DNA of 64,000 bases from Camelus ferus (GCF_009834535.1 NC_045697.1:79052001-79116000); one strand, 5' to 3'. Counted from the stretch's first letter, positions 25,251 through 39,400 are shown. Translations and numbers: made by a program. The notes: generated from the sequence alone by a model not told the origin.

Positions 25251-26909
25251 CATGTCATAATTATTTATTAGATATTTGTGAAGAGATGAAGGAAAATTAA
25301 AAGGCTTTGGCAAGCAAAAAGGAAAATGAAAAATAATGTGTACTTGGCATTCATACAGGAAATAAAACAGTGTAATGACTACTTCAAAGGAAAGGATCTT
25401 TCCAAAACATAGACCACATCTACCTAACAGTATAAAAACATTTGGAGAGGAAATTAATTGGTACATATGGCTGTTGGTGTCCATTTCTAACCATACTAAA
25501 CAGTCCATCAAAGCCTTTCTTTTAAACATTTAGTTAAGTAGTTCCAATGAGATGATGCCATTTAAAACACTTCTATGGGGGAGGGGTGCGGAGGTTACCC
25601 ACTCAAGCCCAGGTATCTGATTATCTCTAACACCTTCTTTAACAATTTCACCGAGACCAGCAATAAAACCTGGGAAGCTTGTCAGTTAGGAGTAAAGGAC
25701 AGGTGTTTGGGAAAATAGTACAATTCAGTCTGTAGATGTTTTTACCCTCGAAACAGAGATCTGAGGCAACCGTCTTAAAAATACAAGCTCCCTAATGGCA
25801 AATACAAAGGAAATCCTTACCGATACATCCTACAAAATTCAGCTTAAATTCCTCTCTCTCAGTAAATCTTTCCTGATCCCATCAACAGACTGTGAGCTAC
25901 AAATCCCAGATCTCACATTCAGATCTACTTACTATATTCTGACTTACAAACAGAATATGCTGCAATAGTGCAGACCCAACCACACAGTGGGTTAAACAGA
26001 GGACACATAATAGATTAAATTCTGATAAACAAATGTATAGGAGCAAGTATAAGGTAACTTCGTAGTACTCTAATGCTGAGGGAGAGTAGCCAAGGAAAAA
26101 CAAAGTTGGAAGGGGTTCTCCTCCCCGAGGTTCAGACCTCATTAGAGAAGTTACAGTTCAGCCCACTGGATAACAAAAAAAGTTCACTGGTTTACTCTAG
26201 CCAGTACTGATTGGGGTCACTGGGAGAGCAGGAGGCATCCTTCCAGAATGTGGCCTGAGGGTAGTTAATCAGCAACCAGAGAAGTGGGTGTGTGCAAGGG
26301 ATGCGAGCCCTGGAGCAGGCAAACCACAAGGGCTGGAAGAGGAAGTAATGGCTCAGTGAAACCTTCTATGCTCCCAGTAATCTACATGTGGTACTGCACA
26401 GAGAATGCACTGGGGATGAGGGCACTGACCTGAGCAGGAAACCTGTGAAAAAAACAGCCTCTACATTGAAGATGGGAGTGTTATGGGAAGCTTATTGCCA
26501 GGCTGGGCTGAGGCTACAAGGTCATCTAGTGACTACACATTCTGACCATGTGGCTAAAGCAGAGCTCCACTAGGTGTCCTCACACTCACTCCACCTACTC
26601 ACCATGCAGCAGCTGGAAACAGCAAGAGACATCTTTCCAACAGCCTCTACTGAGAAAGCATGGCATCATGTTCACTGTAAAGAGGAGGTGTGTAAAAGAA
26701 TTCTGTCCATTATCAAAGAGCATATATTAAGGAACTAATTTGGAACTCGGAGGCAATAGGTTGATAATTGACATATTTGTATAACTCCTAGATTGCAGGT
26801 CCTCTGAAGATTAATTACTGGGTTTCATCTTTGTAGTCTCTTCTGCTGCCTAGTTTTTATAACAAACTTTTCATCAGTAAATATTGAGAATCCTCAGCTG
26901 TCTTTCTTT

Positions 26910-28770
26910 TGTTGTTGCAGAAACTGGCAGGCTGATCCTAAAATTCATATGGAAATGTGAGCAGCCAAAATACCCAAAACGATCTTGAAAAAGAGCAGAG
27001 TTGGAGGACTCACACTTCCTCACTTCAAAACTTACTACAAAGCTACAGTAATAAAGACAATATGGCACTAGCATTGGGATAGAAATATATACCAATGAAA
27101 AAGAATTGACAGCTCAGAAATAAACCATTAAATTCACAGTAAGTTGATTTTGACACTGGTGCCAAGACCATTCAATGGTGAAAGAACATCTTTTCAACAA
27201 ATGATGCTGAAACAACTGAATCTCCACCTGCAAAAGAATGAATTTGGACCCTACCTCATTTTATATACAAAAATTATCTAAGTGAATCATAGATCTAAAT
27301 GTAAGAACTAAAACATAAAACTCCTAGAAGATAGGAGTAAATATAAACTGTCCTGACTTTGGATAAGACAATGGTCTCTTAGATATGACATCAAAAGCAC
27401 AACCAACAAAATAAAAAATAGATAAATTGGATTACATCAAAATTCAAAACTTTTGTGCTTCAAAGGACATCATCAAGGAAGAAAAAGACAGCCCCCAAAA
27501 TAGGAGAAAATATTTGCAAATCATATATCTGATGAGGGACTTGTATCCAGAATACAAAAAGAACTTTAACAAATCAACGATAAATAAATAACAACCCAAA
27601 TGAATTTATTTACAAAACAAAAACAGACTCAGACATACAAAACAAACTTATAGTTACAAGGGGGGAAAGGAAGTGGGGAGGGATAAATTTGGAGTTCAGG
27701 ATTTACAAATACTAACTACTATATATAAAATAGACAGACAAACTTCTACTGTATAGCACAGAGAACTATATGTAATACCTTGTAATAGCTTATAATGAAA
27801 AAATATGAAAAGGAATATATACATATTTATGTACGACTGAATCACTGCTGTATGCCCGAAATTAATACATTGTCAATCAACTATACTTCAATAAAAAAAA
27901 GATTTTTAAATGACCCAATATTAAAAATAGGCAAAAAAAGGAACAGACATTTTTTCAAAGATGATACACAAATGGCCAATAAACACATGAAAAGAAGCTC
28001 AATATCATTAGTCATTAGGGGAATGCATATCAAAACCACACTGGTCTACACACCTCACACCTACTAGAATCTTGGCTATAATCAAAAAGACACTAACAAA
28101 TGTTGGAGAAGATGTGGAGAAATTGGAACCCTCATGCACTGCTGGTGGGAATGTAAAATGGTTCATTCACTTTGAAAAACAGTCTAATAGTTTCTCAAAA
28201 TCTTAAACACAGAGTTACCATATCATCACCAATTTCACTCCTAGGCATATACAATAAGAAAACTGAAAACATATATCCACAACAAAAACCTGTACATGAA
28301 TATTTATAGCATTCACAATAGCCAAAAAAAGGAAACAACTCAAATGTCTAGTAAGTGATGAATGACTAAACAAAATGTGTTATATCCATACAATGGAAGA
28401 CAAACACTAACATTAAAAGGGAAGAGGTACTGATACACTCTGCCATATGAATAAACCTTGAAAACTATTCTAATTGAGGTAAGCCACTCACAAAATTCTA
28501 TATAAATATTCCATTTATATCAAATGTTCAGAATAGGAAAATCCAAAGAGACAGAGTAGGTTATTGGTTGTTTGGGGCTGGATGAGGGGGAAGAGAATGA
28601 GGAATGACTGCTAATGGATATGGGGTTTTGTCAGGAAGAGATTAAAGTGTTCTGGAATTAGACAATAGTGATAGATGCACAATATAGTGCACGTAATAAA
28701 AAAGCCATTGGATTATACACTTTAAGTGTGAACTTTATGATATGTAAATTTACCTCAATAAAGCTGTTAT
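26910..28770 (+). mobile_element. L1MB-like ORF2 end and 3' UTR, interrupted by a younger L1 tail
   Basis: ctgatcctaaaattcatatggaaatg..., ttggaggactcacacttcct, ggagaaattggaaccctcatgcactgctggtgggaatgtaaaatgg; ends tacctcaataaagctgtt. Confidence 0.88.
27598..27900 (+). mobile_element. About 300-bp lineage-specific L1 3' UTR insertion
   Basis: aaatgaatttatttacaaaac...ctactgtatagcacagagaacta...ctatacttcaataaaaaaaa. Confidence 0.85.
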
Positions 28771-29098
28771 TTAGTTTGATATTTACCTCCATTTTCTTCT
28801 TTCCTTTCCAAGTACAGAGTTACATCCAAAGAACCTGTACTAAAAAAATAAAATTCCTCTTTTTTTGTAACAATTAGGGTATATAGAAAATTGGAATGAA
28901 TAATTGAAGGCTTCAAGTTTCATATATTCTTATAAAATGTCTATTGTTATTGGTTGCCATGAATCTTGAAAACTCAGGAAAACAAGTGAGATATTAGAGA
29001 GGCTATGGGGTTAAATAACCAGTGGAAGAGAAGACTTGAGCAAGGCACCTAGTCTTACCCCCAGCTTCCAATTCCTCAAATATTAAAATGGAAAGTTG

Positions 29099-29138
29099 AG
29101 ATAGATGACCTCCAGCATAGATAGATGACCTCCAGCAT
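29099..29138. repeat. Perfect 20-bp tandem duplication
   Basis: agatagatgacctccagcat occurs twice in tandem. Confidence 0.95.
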
Positions 29139-30725
29139 CTGCATATTTTCATCATTTGCCCTAGAAAAATAGTTTTAGGATCAAATTTTCAAAGATTTTA
29201 ATATTTATGAATTAAATAAATAGTAAGGATTATTTCCTGACCAAAAAAAAAATACTTCTTAAATGTGAGTGGAAGTACATATTATGCTTTTCTTTTTCTC
29301 TTGATGAAGGTTGTATCTCTTTATTACTAGGCTAAAATATATAATTCTAACCCTCTGCATGTGTGGGTGTGTGTATAATATTATGTTTGAACATTTAAGT
29401 ATTCCCTGAAGGAATCTTTACCCATCCAACAACTTAGGCCTTCTAATTCTATACATACTTGTGCATACTTTACATAGATTTCCTCTGTGTAAAGTTAAAA
29501 TTCAGACAGCTAAAAAAAGCATGAGCTATTTCCGCCAGCCCTCTCCTGGGACTCTGTTATTTAAAATTGAGCAATTGTACTGTCTTTCTTTCTAATAGTT
29601 ATCATTTCAAAAACTGACAGCACTTTTTTAAAAAACAGAGAATAAAGCAAATCTTCTTCAGCTGGTCAGTGTGTTCCTTGAAACACAGCAGATACTCTCC
29701 TGTCCATCTATATTTGGATTTAAGTATATATTTAGACTCTTTATCCTAGGGAGCTGAGTGCTTTGCACTTTGAAAGCATGTTCTCTTGTTAGTCATCGTA
29801 AGAAATCATTGTTTTTTCCTTTCTTACTTCAAAAAAAATGGGGGCTAATAAGAAAGAAATAATTTGATTAAGAGTAGGAAAAGAGGATAACCAGTAAGAA
29901 AAAAAAATCACAGCAAATCAAGTTCCTTAAATCTGTTATGTCCATCCATCTGCTCTCCACATGAGAACATGAAGCCCTCCATATTCACTGAAATCACAAT
30001 TAACCCTGCCTTCCCTCTGTGGACCCACAGCATGTTACTTGAGACTCCATGTTATGCCTATTTTATTCTGCTGTATATTATGAGTTAGTTAAATGTTTCC
30101 CTCATCAGAATTATATTTCCTTGAGTATTGTATCAAAATACTGCTGAGCTACAAAGAAGAAAAAAACTAGTCATTTCCCAATGTAAAGCTCTCCAAATTC
30201 TCCTCAAATGGGAAGGGAAGTCTAAATATTTATATTCCTTAAATAGCTCCTTATACAATGATTTCATAAAGTGCATTCTCAATATAGTTTTTTGAATTAA
30301 ATTCACTTGTGAGATCATTCAATTAAACCATATGAAATGGCCATTTCCTTGGGTTAAAAACTGGCAATAATTCTGTTCCCTTGGCCCAGATGAATTTCAG
30401 AAACCCACTGTTTAGTGTTATCTTCCTCCGTCCCTGTAAACAGGTTCTCCTATCACACACCCCACTTCAAGCGATTACTGTCAATATTTCATATGGCTCT
30501 GTTTAATAATTTTCACTAAAGAGTGTTAAATTTATTAAAGTATTCTAATTATAAAAGTACTATTTGAAATTAATTTCCTCTTCTGTCTCACAGATTTGAT
30601 ATTTTAAAAGTGTAGCAGGGCAACATCAGCCAGTAAGAACAGAACATAAAGTGGGGCAATGTCTTTTGAGGTGTTATAAAGTCTTTGAGACTCTGACAGA
30701 AAATACAGACACACTTCCCAGAAAA

Positions 30726-30738
30726 GTGTGTGCACGCA

Positions 30739-30773
<35 letters not shown>
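30726..30773. repeat. Compound alternating purine-pyrimidine microsatellite
   Basis: gtgtgtgcacgcacgcatgcgcgca followed by (CA)n. Confidence 0.95.
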
Positions 30774-31019
30774 CATTTTGCATATAATTCTAGTGGTTAA
30801 TAGATTTTTTCCATTGCTAGCAAGCCATCGATTAATAATGTCTCTTCCAGAGGACTATACTCAGAAGATGAAGAAAGTGTTGAGTAATTGTCTAATAATT
30901 TCAACCATTCCCCAACTTTAGAACAAGGAAAAAAAGTAGTTTATTTTAGGATCTACCCGATCCACAAATTATCAGATGGTTGCTACTCTTTGCCTGTATA
31001 AACACAACTAAATTAGAAG

Positions 31020-31095
31020 AGCATATGATATATTGTCCAAACTAAGACACTTTTGAGGGTGAAAGGGGCACTAATAACTACACCAAGACAACAGA
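31020..31095. mobile_element. MER81-like hAT fragment
   Basis: ttgtccaaactaagacacttttgagggtgaaaggggcactaataactacaccaagacaacag. Confidence 0.6.
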
Positions 31096-31609
31096 ACCAT
31101 GATCTATAAAAAGAAAATGTCATCATTAAATATATGTTGAGTTTATTTTAAAAATGTATTAGACCTCTATTGTCCAGATAACCATCCCATTTCTCTTCTT
31201 TCCATAAGGGGTTAATGTCTACCACCATAAGAGACAATGACCAAATTTATGGATTTTTCTTCCTTTTATATTTTAACTAGAGTAAGTCTATTAAATTCTA
31301 TAGGACTCAGTCTCCCCACCAGTAAATTAATAGGTGGAATAGATGATCTCTTAAGTATGCCTCTACCATTGTATAAATCCAATTTTAAAATAAGGGGTTT
31401 TTTTAACCAGAAGTGTTTCTAAGGAAAAAGGGTTTTAAGCCTTCAGCTTAGGAGAAAAAAAAACATTTAAAATCACAGTATACTTGTAAAAGGCAAATAA
31501 ACTTAACTGATTAAAAGTCATAATCACTTAAAATCAAACTTCCAGTCTATTCTATATAAATAATTAGTATGTAATTTTGAAGTGTAAATTGTTAAAATGT
31601 CTTATTATT

Positions 31610-31830
31610 GATAACCATATAACTTTTACAGTGGTTATAAGCTGTCCAAGCACTATGCTAAGCAAATCATGCATTTTTTCACAGAACTATCACAACGAGG
31701 TAGGTAACTTAATCCCTCTCTTCAGGAAAGGAAAACAGAATTTAGAAACTTGACTGAGGTTACATTGCTAGTAAATGACAGAATTAAAGTTAAAACCCAG
31801 TCTGACTGCAGAGTCCCAGGCTATTTACTG
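31610..31830 (-). mobile_element. MIR SINE
   Basis: ccaagcactatgctaagc...aggtaggta...aggaaaacaga...ttgactgaggttacattgctagtaaatgacaga...cccagtctgactgcagag. Confidence 0.7.
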
Positions 31831-34053
31831 ATGAACTAAAACTAACAAATTTACCTAGTAATGTCCCAGTTTTGAACTTACCTTTCATTCTACTTATAGC
31901 CCTAACATATATAAAAATACCATATTTCCTAACTTTGTAACAGATATCTCTTGCACAATCACTTAATTGTTTACTATGAAAATAAGTGATAATAGTCACA
32001 CTCTTGGTTCAAGTGGGGGGAAAGTATATTCAATATTTGTCAGTACATACTAAAAATATAAAGTCTGTTGAGACCAATTAGCTAAGAAATAGTTCAAAAT
32101 GGAATATATCCTTGAATACAAAATAGCTACAATATGAGGAACATTATTCCACTTGAAAGAATTTTATAAATGACAACTACATTCTGTGTTTTTATGTGTG
32201 GTATTTAAAAACAACTTCTATCAAGATTTTTTTAATCTTAAAAAAACCTTAAATATATATATAACATACGTATGTAAAACTCAGTTTTTTTTCAGCTTTG
32301 AGAAGATGCATTAGCACAACATGTGTCTACTATTACTACCACTTTAGAAGACATCACCTTAGAACACCAAAATACATACTACCTTGGGGAAAGTCATAGG
32401 CCTTTATAGATTTTTAAATCTAACCAATGATAGGTTTAATGTGTTAACCCTGAAACCTAATATTGTAAGTTAACATGCAAGATTGTAATGCAGATTTTCC
32501 TGAAGATACATAGAAAATTCAAGCAAATTTTAGTAAAGGACATTTGATAAAATAACCTAAGTGAACCACTTCACCAACACTTACATAAAAATTAATGAAG
32601 ACTGTGTCATTTTATATGCTCAGGACCGTACAGTAACCAGTTAACAAATGTAAATAATCATACAGTTTCTACCCATAATTGTCCTCCTCTCTTTACACGA
32701 ATCAGCCAAATTAGGTCTGGGACAAGAGAGAACGAAGATATTTTTTTCAAAATAGAAATCTTTGAAGACCCTCGAGATGTTCTATGAAATTATTTTGACA
32801 TTTTCTCAACTCCAGACACTTATTCTTAGTTGTGTAAATGCTTTATAGTCTCTTAGATTTTAAGCACCTGACAACAGAGAGGATCTCTTAAGCAAGTATG
32901 TATTGCCAGCTAGCAAAACAATAGTAAGAAAAATAATATCAGATGTAAATGTTAAGTTAGCCTATATTCTTGGTGACCTGAAAAATATAAACTTTAGGAA
33001 ATATTTTTTTAAAAACTTAAGAGAGTTTCATGCTTTTCATACAGAATGTAATTTCAGTCCATGTAAATCATGATAGGAATAAAAATTATAACCAATTCGT
33101 TTTCCCCCATGATTAGGGTGAGAACAGTATAAATTTCCACTAGGAGAGCATTAGATTTATACCAAATTACATTGTTTAAAAAAAGTAAAAATAATAAATA
33201 TGTGCCTATAATGTATCTAGTGGAAAACCAAAGCTGGAGATAAACTGTCTTGTAAAATACATGAAAATAAGTCCAAAACCAAGGGCAATCTTTAACACAG
33301 CCCGAAATCTCACTTAATCAAAGGAAAACTTGAAGGTTGTTTTAGCTATTATCCAGAAACTTGAAATCAGCTGGGTACAGGAAAAACAGAGGGAAGTTTT
33401 TTCAAAACCACCCACACAGTGGCTGTCTTCCTGCTCCCAGGTCTGCCCATGGAGAATGGCTTCCAGCATGAGGAGCACACGGTGCATATGGAAAACTGTG
33501 GAGTCAGCCAGATTCCCACCCACATGAGTTCCTCTCCTCAGCAGCGCCCTGACAACCCACAGAAACCAATTGGCTCAACTTGACGGCGAGATGAAAGCCA
33601 GGACCCATTTCTCTTGTAAATGGTAATGTTTAGGTACATTGCAGAGACTTAACCAACCCACAGAGCAGATGAATGAAATATCAAGAGTTTTAAAAAGCAA
33701 AACTGAAAAAATACATTTCATTAGAAATGGAGGCTGAAGACCTGAAGGAATGGAGTTTTCCTAACTATAAATGGGAAAGGAGTAGAGCTTTAAGTAGCAC
33801 ATGAAGAAACTTATATGAGAAATAAAATCCATTTCAAAGGCATTAGGAAAAGAAAAAATAATTTGTGTGATGTAAACAAAAATGAAAATCTTGTCTCTCC
33901 AGAATCACTAGTGAATGAATTACAGTGTGCAGACTTTTCTGGGGAGCTGGACATTTATCCTTAAACACATTTAAAACAAATTTAACCATCTTGAATCCAA
34001 ATCCTTCTAAAATATATTATTTTACTATCTAATATTATCCATTACTTTGACTT

Positions 34054-35446
34054 TTTTCTTTTCTAATATTAGTGTTTATTTTTCTTTTTTATATAACACT
34101 TTTTATTGAGTTATAGTCATTTTACAATATTGTCAAATTCCAGTGTAGAGCACAATTTTTCAGTTATACATGAACATACATATATTCATTCTCACATTTT
34201 TTTCACTATGAGCTTCCACAGGATCTTATATATATTTCCCTGTGCTGTACAGTATAATCTTGTCTATTCTACATATGCCTGTCAGTATCTACAAATTTTG
34301 AACTCCCAGGCTATCCCTTCCCACCCTCCTCCCCCTTGGCAACCACAACTTTGTATTTTTGTCTATGAGTCTGTTTGTTTTGTATTTATGTTCTTTTTTT
34401 TTTAGATTCCACATATGAGTGATCTCATATGGCATTTTTGTTCCTCTTTCTGGCTTACTTCACTTAGAATGACATTCTCCAGAGACATCCATGTTGCAGC
34501 AAATGGCATTATGTTGTTGTTTTTTATGGCTGAATAGTATTCCATTGTATAAATATACCATCTCTTCTTTATCTAGTCACCTGTTGATGGATATTTAGGC
34601 TGTTTCCATGTCTTGGCTGTTGTAAATAGTGCTGCTATGAACATTGGGGTGCAGGTGTCTTTTTTATGTAGGGTTCCTTCTGGATACATGCCCAGGAACG
34701 GGATTCCTGGGTCATATGGTAAGTCTATTCCTAGTCTTTTGAGGAATCTCCATACTGTTTTCCACAGTGGCTACACCAAACTGCATTCCCACCAGCAGTG
34801 TAGGAGGGTTCTGTTTTCTCCACAGCCTCTCCAGCATTTGTCATTTGTGGACTTTTGAATGATGGCCATTCAGACTGGTGTGAGGTGATATCTCATTGTA
34901 GTTTTGATTTGCATTTCTCTGATAATTAGTGATATTGAGCATTTTTTCATGTGCCTATTGGCCATTTGTATTTCTTCCTTGGAGAATTGCTTGTTTAGGT
35001 CTTCTGCCCATTTTTGGATTGGGTTGTTTGTTTTTTTCTTATTAAGTCGTATAAGCTGCTTATATATTCTGGAGATCAAGCCTTTGTCAGTTTCATCATT
35101 TGCAAAAATTTTCTCCCATTCCGTAGGTTGTCGTTTTGTTTTACTTCTGGTTTCCTTTGCTGTGCAGAAGCTTGTAGGTTTACTTAGGTCCCATTTGTTT
35201 ATTCTTGCTTATATCTCTATTGCTTGGGTAGACTGCCCTAGGAGAACATTTTTGAGATATATGTCAGATAATGTTTTGCCTATATTTTCTTCTAGGAAGT
35301 TTATTGTATCTTGTCTTTTGTTTAAGTCTTTGATCCATTTTGAGTTTATTTTTGTGTATGGTGTAAGGAAGTGTTCTAGCTTCATTGATTTACATGCTGC
35401 TGTCCAATTTTCCCAACACCATTTGCTGAAGAGATTACCTTTATTC
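34054..35446 (-). mobile_element. Relatively young 5'-truncated L1 (ORF2 C-terminus and 3' UTR) with perfect 15-bp TSD
   Basis: ORF2p-like ISRIYKQL...[50 protein letters not shown] ccattactttgactt at 34039-34053 and 35447-35461. Confidence 0.95.
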
Positions 35447-35519
35447 CCATTACTTTGACTTACTAAATGTGATTACTCTCACAGGCTCATGACAAGAAAT
35501 ATTTTGCAATGATCTACAA

Positions 35520-35705
35520 ACTCCAACCTGAGATCAGGTGTTAGGTTGACTCATAACAATCACCTGAGAAAACACATAAAAATATGAAAATATTCTGATT
35601 CACTAGGGAAGGAGTGAAGCCCAGGAATCTGTGCTTTTCCTTTCCATCCCTGGGAAGAAAACCTTTCCAGGTGATTCTGATTCACAGCCAGTTTCACAAA
35701 CCAAG
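35520..35705. mobile_element. MER5-like hAT remnant
   Basis: aatcacctgaga...attctgattca...gcccaggaatctgtgctttt...ccaggtgattctgattcacagccagttt. Confidence 0.65.
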
Positions 35706-35769
35706 AGTGTAAGAGGAAGAACATTTGCCTGACTATTAGTATTCAGGTAGTTTTATTTCTAATAGCTTT

Positions 35770-36480
35770 ACATGCATTCAAGACACATTGATTGAATATC
35801 TAACATGTCCTAAAACTGAGCACCTAATATGGTCTTTGGTACACAAAGATGAATAAAACAACATCTATCAAAGAGCTCACATTCAAACAGAGTAGCCGAA
35901 TACATAATTATAGTACGAGTCAATCCAATAATAGGATGCGATGAAAATCACTGGGTGGTGAAAGACCTCCAGTCTAGGCATTAAGGTGAGTCCTAACGGT
36001 TGCGATATTAGCCAAGTGAATTTGGAGAGAGAATGAAGAAGGAGAAGGGGGCAATGTGCCAAGCACCCTCCCCCGCCCCATATATCCATATAGCATCAAA
36101 AGTTGATAGAAAGCAGGGAAGGGCTGGATAGGAGTTCGAAGTTCATCTTGCAGGCAATGGAAAGCTGCTGCAGCATAGAGTCAGTGAATGTCACCATCAA
36201 ATTTGCATTTCAGTCATATGTCTCTGGCTGGAAATGTGGCATATAGATTTAAGAAGGATAAGAAATGGAAGGAGAAAGATGAGTTAGGAATCCATGGAAA
36301 ATTCCAGGCAAGAGATATTGAAGGTCTGATATAAAGCAGTGAAAACTGAAATGGAAATGAGAATATCAATGTGAGGAAAATGGCAGCAAAAAGGCAGGGT
36401 GATTGATTAGAAGGAGATGGCAGGTGAAAGGATGGAAAAGTTTAGGGAGAGAGAAAAAAGGAGTCAAGGATGATCCCCCC
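35770..36480 (-). mobile_element. L2 LINE fragment
   Basis: catgcattcaagacacattgattgaatatct...acaaagatgaataaaac...ggagtcaaggatga. Confidence 0.65.
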
Positions 36481-39400
36481 CATCCCCACCAGACTGAGGC
36501 AAGTAATTTGCCCTTTCTAAATGCCATTAATAAAATGTAAAACCTAGATGGGCTTTAAGAGAACTTCTAATTCTTAAAGTCTATAAATCATTATACAGCA
36601 CTGATTACTGCATTATTCAGTGATGTCCTCAAAGCCTCTTAAGGGTAACCTTACACTAAGTGACACCTGGACATTTTAAGTTCACACACCTGCTTTCTAG
36701 AATATTGCTAAACTATCTCTTGATGTTGACTTACCAGCTGTAATAGTAGTGGCTGACAGCAAACCTGTCTATAGCACTTCTTCCCTCTTCTAAATTTGCT
36801 ATTTCAGATGTATACTGTAGGAATGGAAGTTAGGTAACTAATCTCCCTCTCTTCTAAACTACTTAGCACTTCATTTGTAATTCCTTTTGACACTTTCCTC
36901 ATTCTGCACTGCTTTACTCCTAGTTGTGTAAATGCTTCATATGGCTTATTAAGGTTTAAGCACCTGAGAATAAGAAAGGTCTGTATATTCTTTGTGCTCC
37001 TTCATATAAATCATGCCATACACAACCACCTTGCCTACAGAATTTAAATAACATATAGGTGTCTTTTTGCACCAAGATTGTTGAAATTGTGAGTAGATTG
37101 TGAATAAACAGACTCTGAGTGAGAATCCAAGCATTTTTTTCTGAGTAGAGGAACTACAATGCTCAAGAGTCTTTCGAAGGTCTTTTATTTAGTTCCCCAT
37201 TGTCAACTGTGTTCTAGATAAGGTTATTAAGAGGCAGAGACAGAAAACAGCAAGATACCATTAAAGCAAGAAAAACTGAAGATACTCAACTACAACTTGA
37301 GAAAAGGGGCAACTAACAAGGAAAATAAATATAGGTAGTCCCCTACTTTCACATAAAATGGATTTCTGAAATTTTATATGAGGGTTAAGTGTGTACAGTC
37401 TCAGAAAGCTAAAAATTATAAAAATCTCTTTAGGTACATCTTATTGGTGCAACTTGAAAATATATATCTAGCAGTTTGTATCAACTATTTTTACCTTCTC
37501 TGATAAATGAACCTCACAGATAAACTGAAAAAGCTTAAACTAGATAGTGTGTTATTAAGCCAAAATTGTGCCACTGGGGACATGCCTGATGATATTTTAC
37601 CTTTGTTCGACTGTGAGATAAGTTTAGGAGGCCTATACCTCTTATCTATGTTTCAACAGAACTTTTATTTTTTTACCACACTACCTCACAGCTATAAAAA
37701 TACTATGTTAAAATTCAACTGAATAGTTAAATTGTCACTATTGTTCAGAAAAGAAGGCAATGGGGACAAAACTGAGCTATGCGTCCTCTTCCCCTAACAG
37801 CTCAGAATAAACATTCTCCAGCTACTGATTATAACAGCACCCATTTTATTTATGGGTGTCAATTAACGATGTGGAAATTACAAGTTAAATAAAATCTTAG
37901 AAATTATGACTTAAGGACTACCTACAATTTGAATATTTAAGAAGATAAGGAATCATACAATTCTGATTTTGTTTTTTAGTTTTTAATAGATACTGTGCTT
38001 AATGGGTTGCAGGAGTAGAAAAGAGCTGGTTAGTATTCACAGAAGGCCTAACATTTGCATCTCCAGGGTCTTCCATATCTCTAGTCACTATCTGAACCCT
38101 GTCCTTTATGAACTCTGAAAAAAGGTTTAGCAGTCAGGGGCTTACTACTCCTTCTCTATTCTGACTAAAGTCTATCAAACAACTTTTTGTTCTTAGTTTC
38201 CTTGATATAAGATGAGAATTTTCCAAAGATATTTTTAATAGGAACTGAGAAGAACAGGAGGCTTCAAAATAAGCCTAGAAACAGGGTGTGTTTTACAGGA
38301 TAAGGACTTACAACCCAAACCTAACCAAAATTTAGATAGAACTGAATCACCTCAAACATTGATTAGGTACCTACTGCATACCTAGCACTTTGTAGAACAC
38401 AACAGATAATAGTGGATCCTCCTTCTGGAAACTTACATTTCAACTGGAGAAAGGAACACATAAACAAAGAAGTTACCATCATGTGGTAAATGCTAGGATA
38501 GACATGCACATATTACTGGTTTAATAATAGGCTTGATGGAATACCTTGCTTCAATCTACTAATTTTTCTGTCTCCTCAATCTCATTAGCCAGCTGTAGTT
38601 CATTCCCCATTCCTGAAACTTGCCTTCTTTGTCCTTCACACCTAGACCAAAGAGGCAAATACATAGCACGTGTGCCATAGTTCATATCTCCCATGACACA
38701 GCAGTCATTCTTTCCCCAAACGTTCTCACAAGCTATTAAAACAGTGTACCAGACAGCCACTAAGAGTAACTGGCACATGAAATGAAACCCATCTGCTTCC
38801 CTTATCTAGTTTTACTTCAACTGGTACCACACTGACAGATGCTGTTTGAAACTTTCAGCATGAAGTCTAATTTCTTGCTCAGCCAAAAGCACATATTCCT
38901 TAATTTCTGCTTCAGCTTTCTGCATTCCCTTTTGGGCCAACCACAGATTTATCTCCCATTTGAGGAAACTCAAGATCCAAATTCATTTGCAGAGCACAGA
39001 TAACTGTGCTTTCCCATAAGCAATGAAAAAATCAAGCACATCTCAGGTGAGCTCTGCTCACATGCTAATACTAATGAATATATTTTGAGTATGAACTTAG
39101 GTGCAAATAATGCCCATATTTTGCAAATACGGAAACTGAGGATTAGAGAGAGAACCAGGATTGAAATTCAGGCAAAGTCAAGACTCCAAATTGTTAACCC
39201 CTACCACCTCCACTTCTCCAGATCCTTGTAAATGTTCCCAGGAAAGGGCAGCACTCCTCTTAGAAATCCTTAGTTTTCTTGATATATGCTATTTTAAACA
39301 CACATTGAGAGTAATAGATTTATTCAGGAAAACACACAGGAAAGCAGATATAAAAAAGTATTAACAGGCCAACCTAGGTGAAAGCTCTGCTGGTGTTCAC

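Noticed and set aside
34904..35458. 184-aa hydrophobic ORF on the + strand
   Set aside because: Antisense reading of L1 ORF2, a common artefact.
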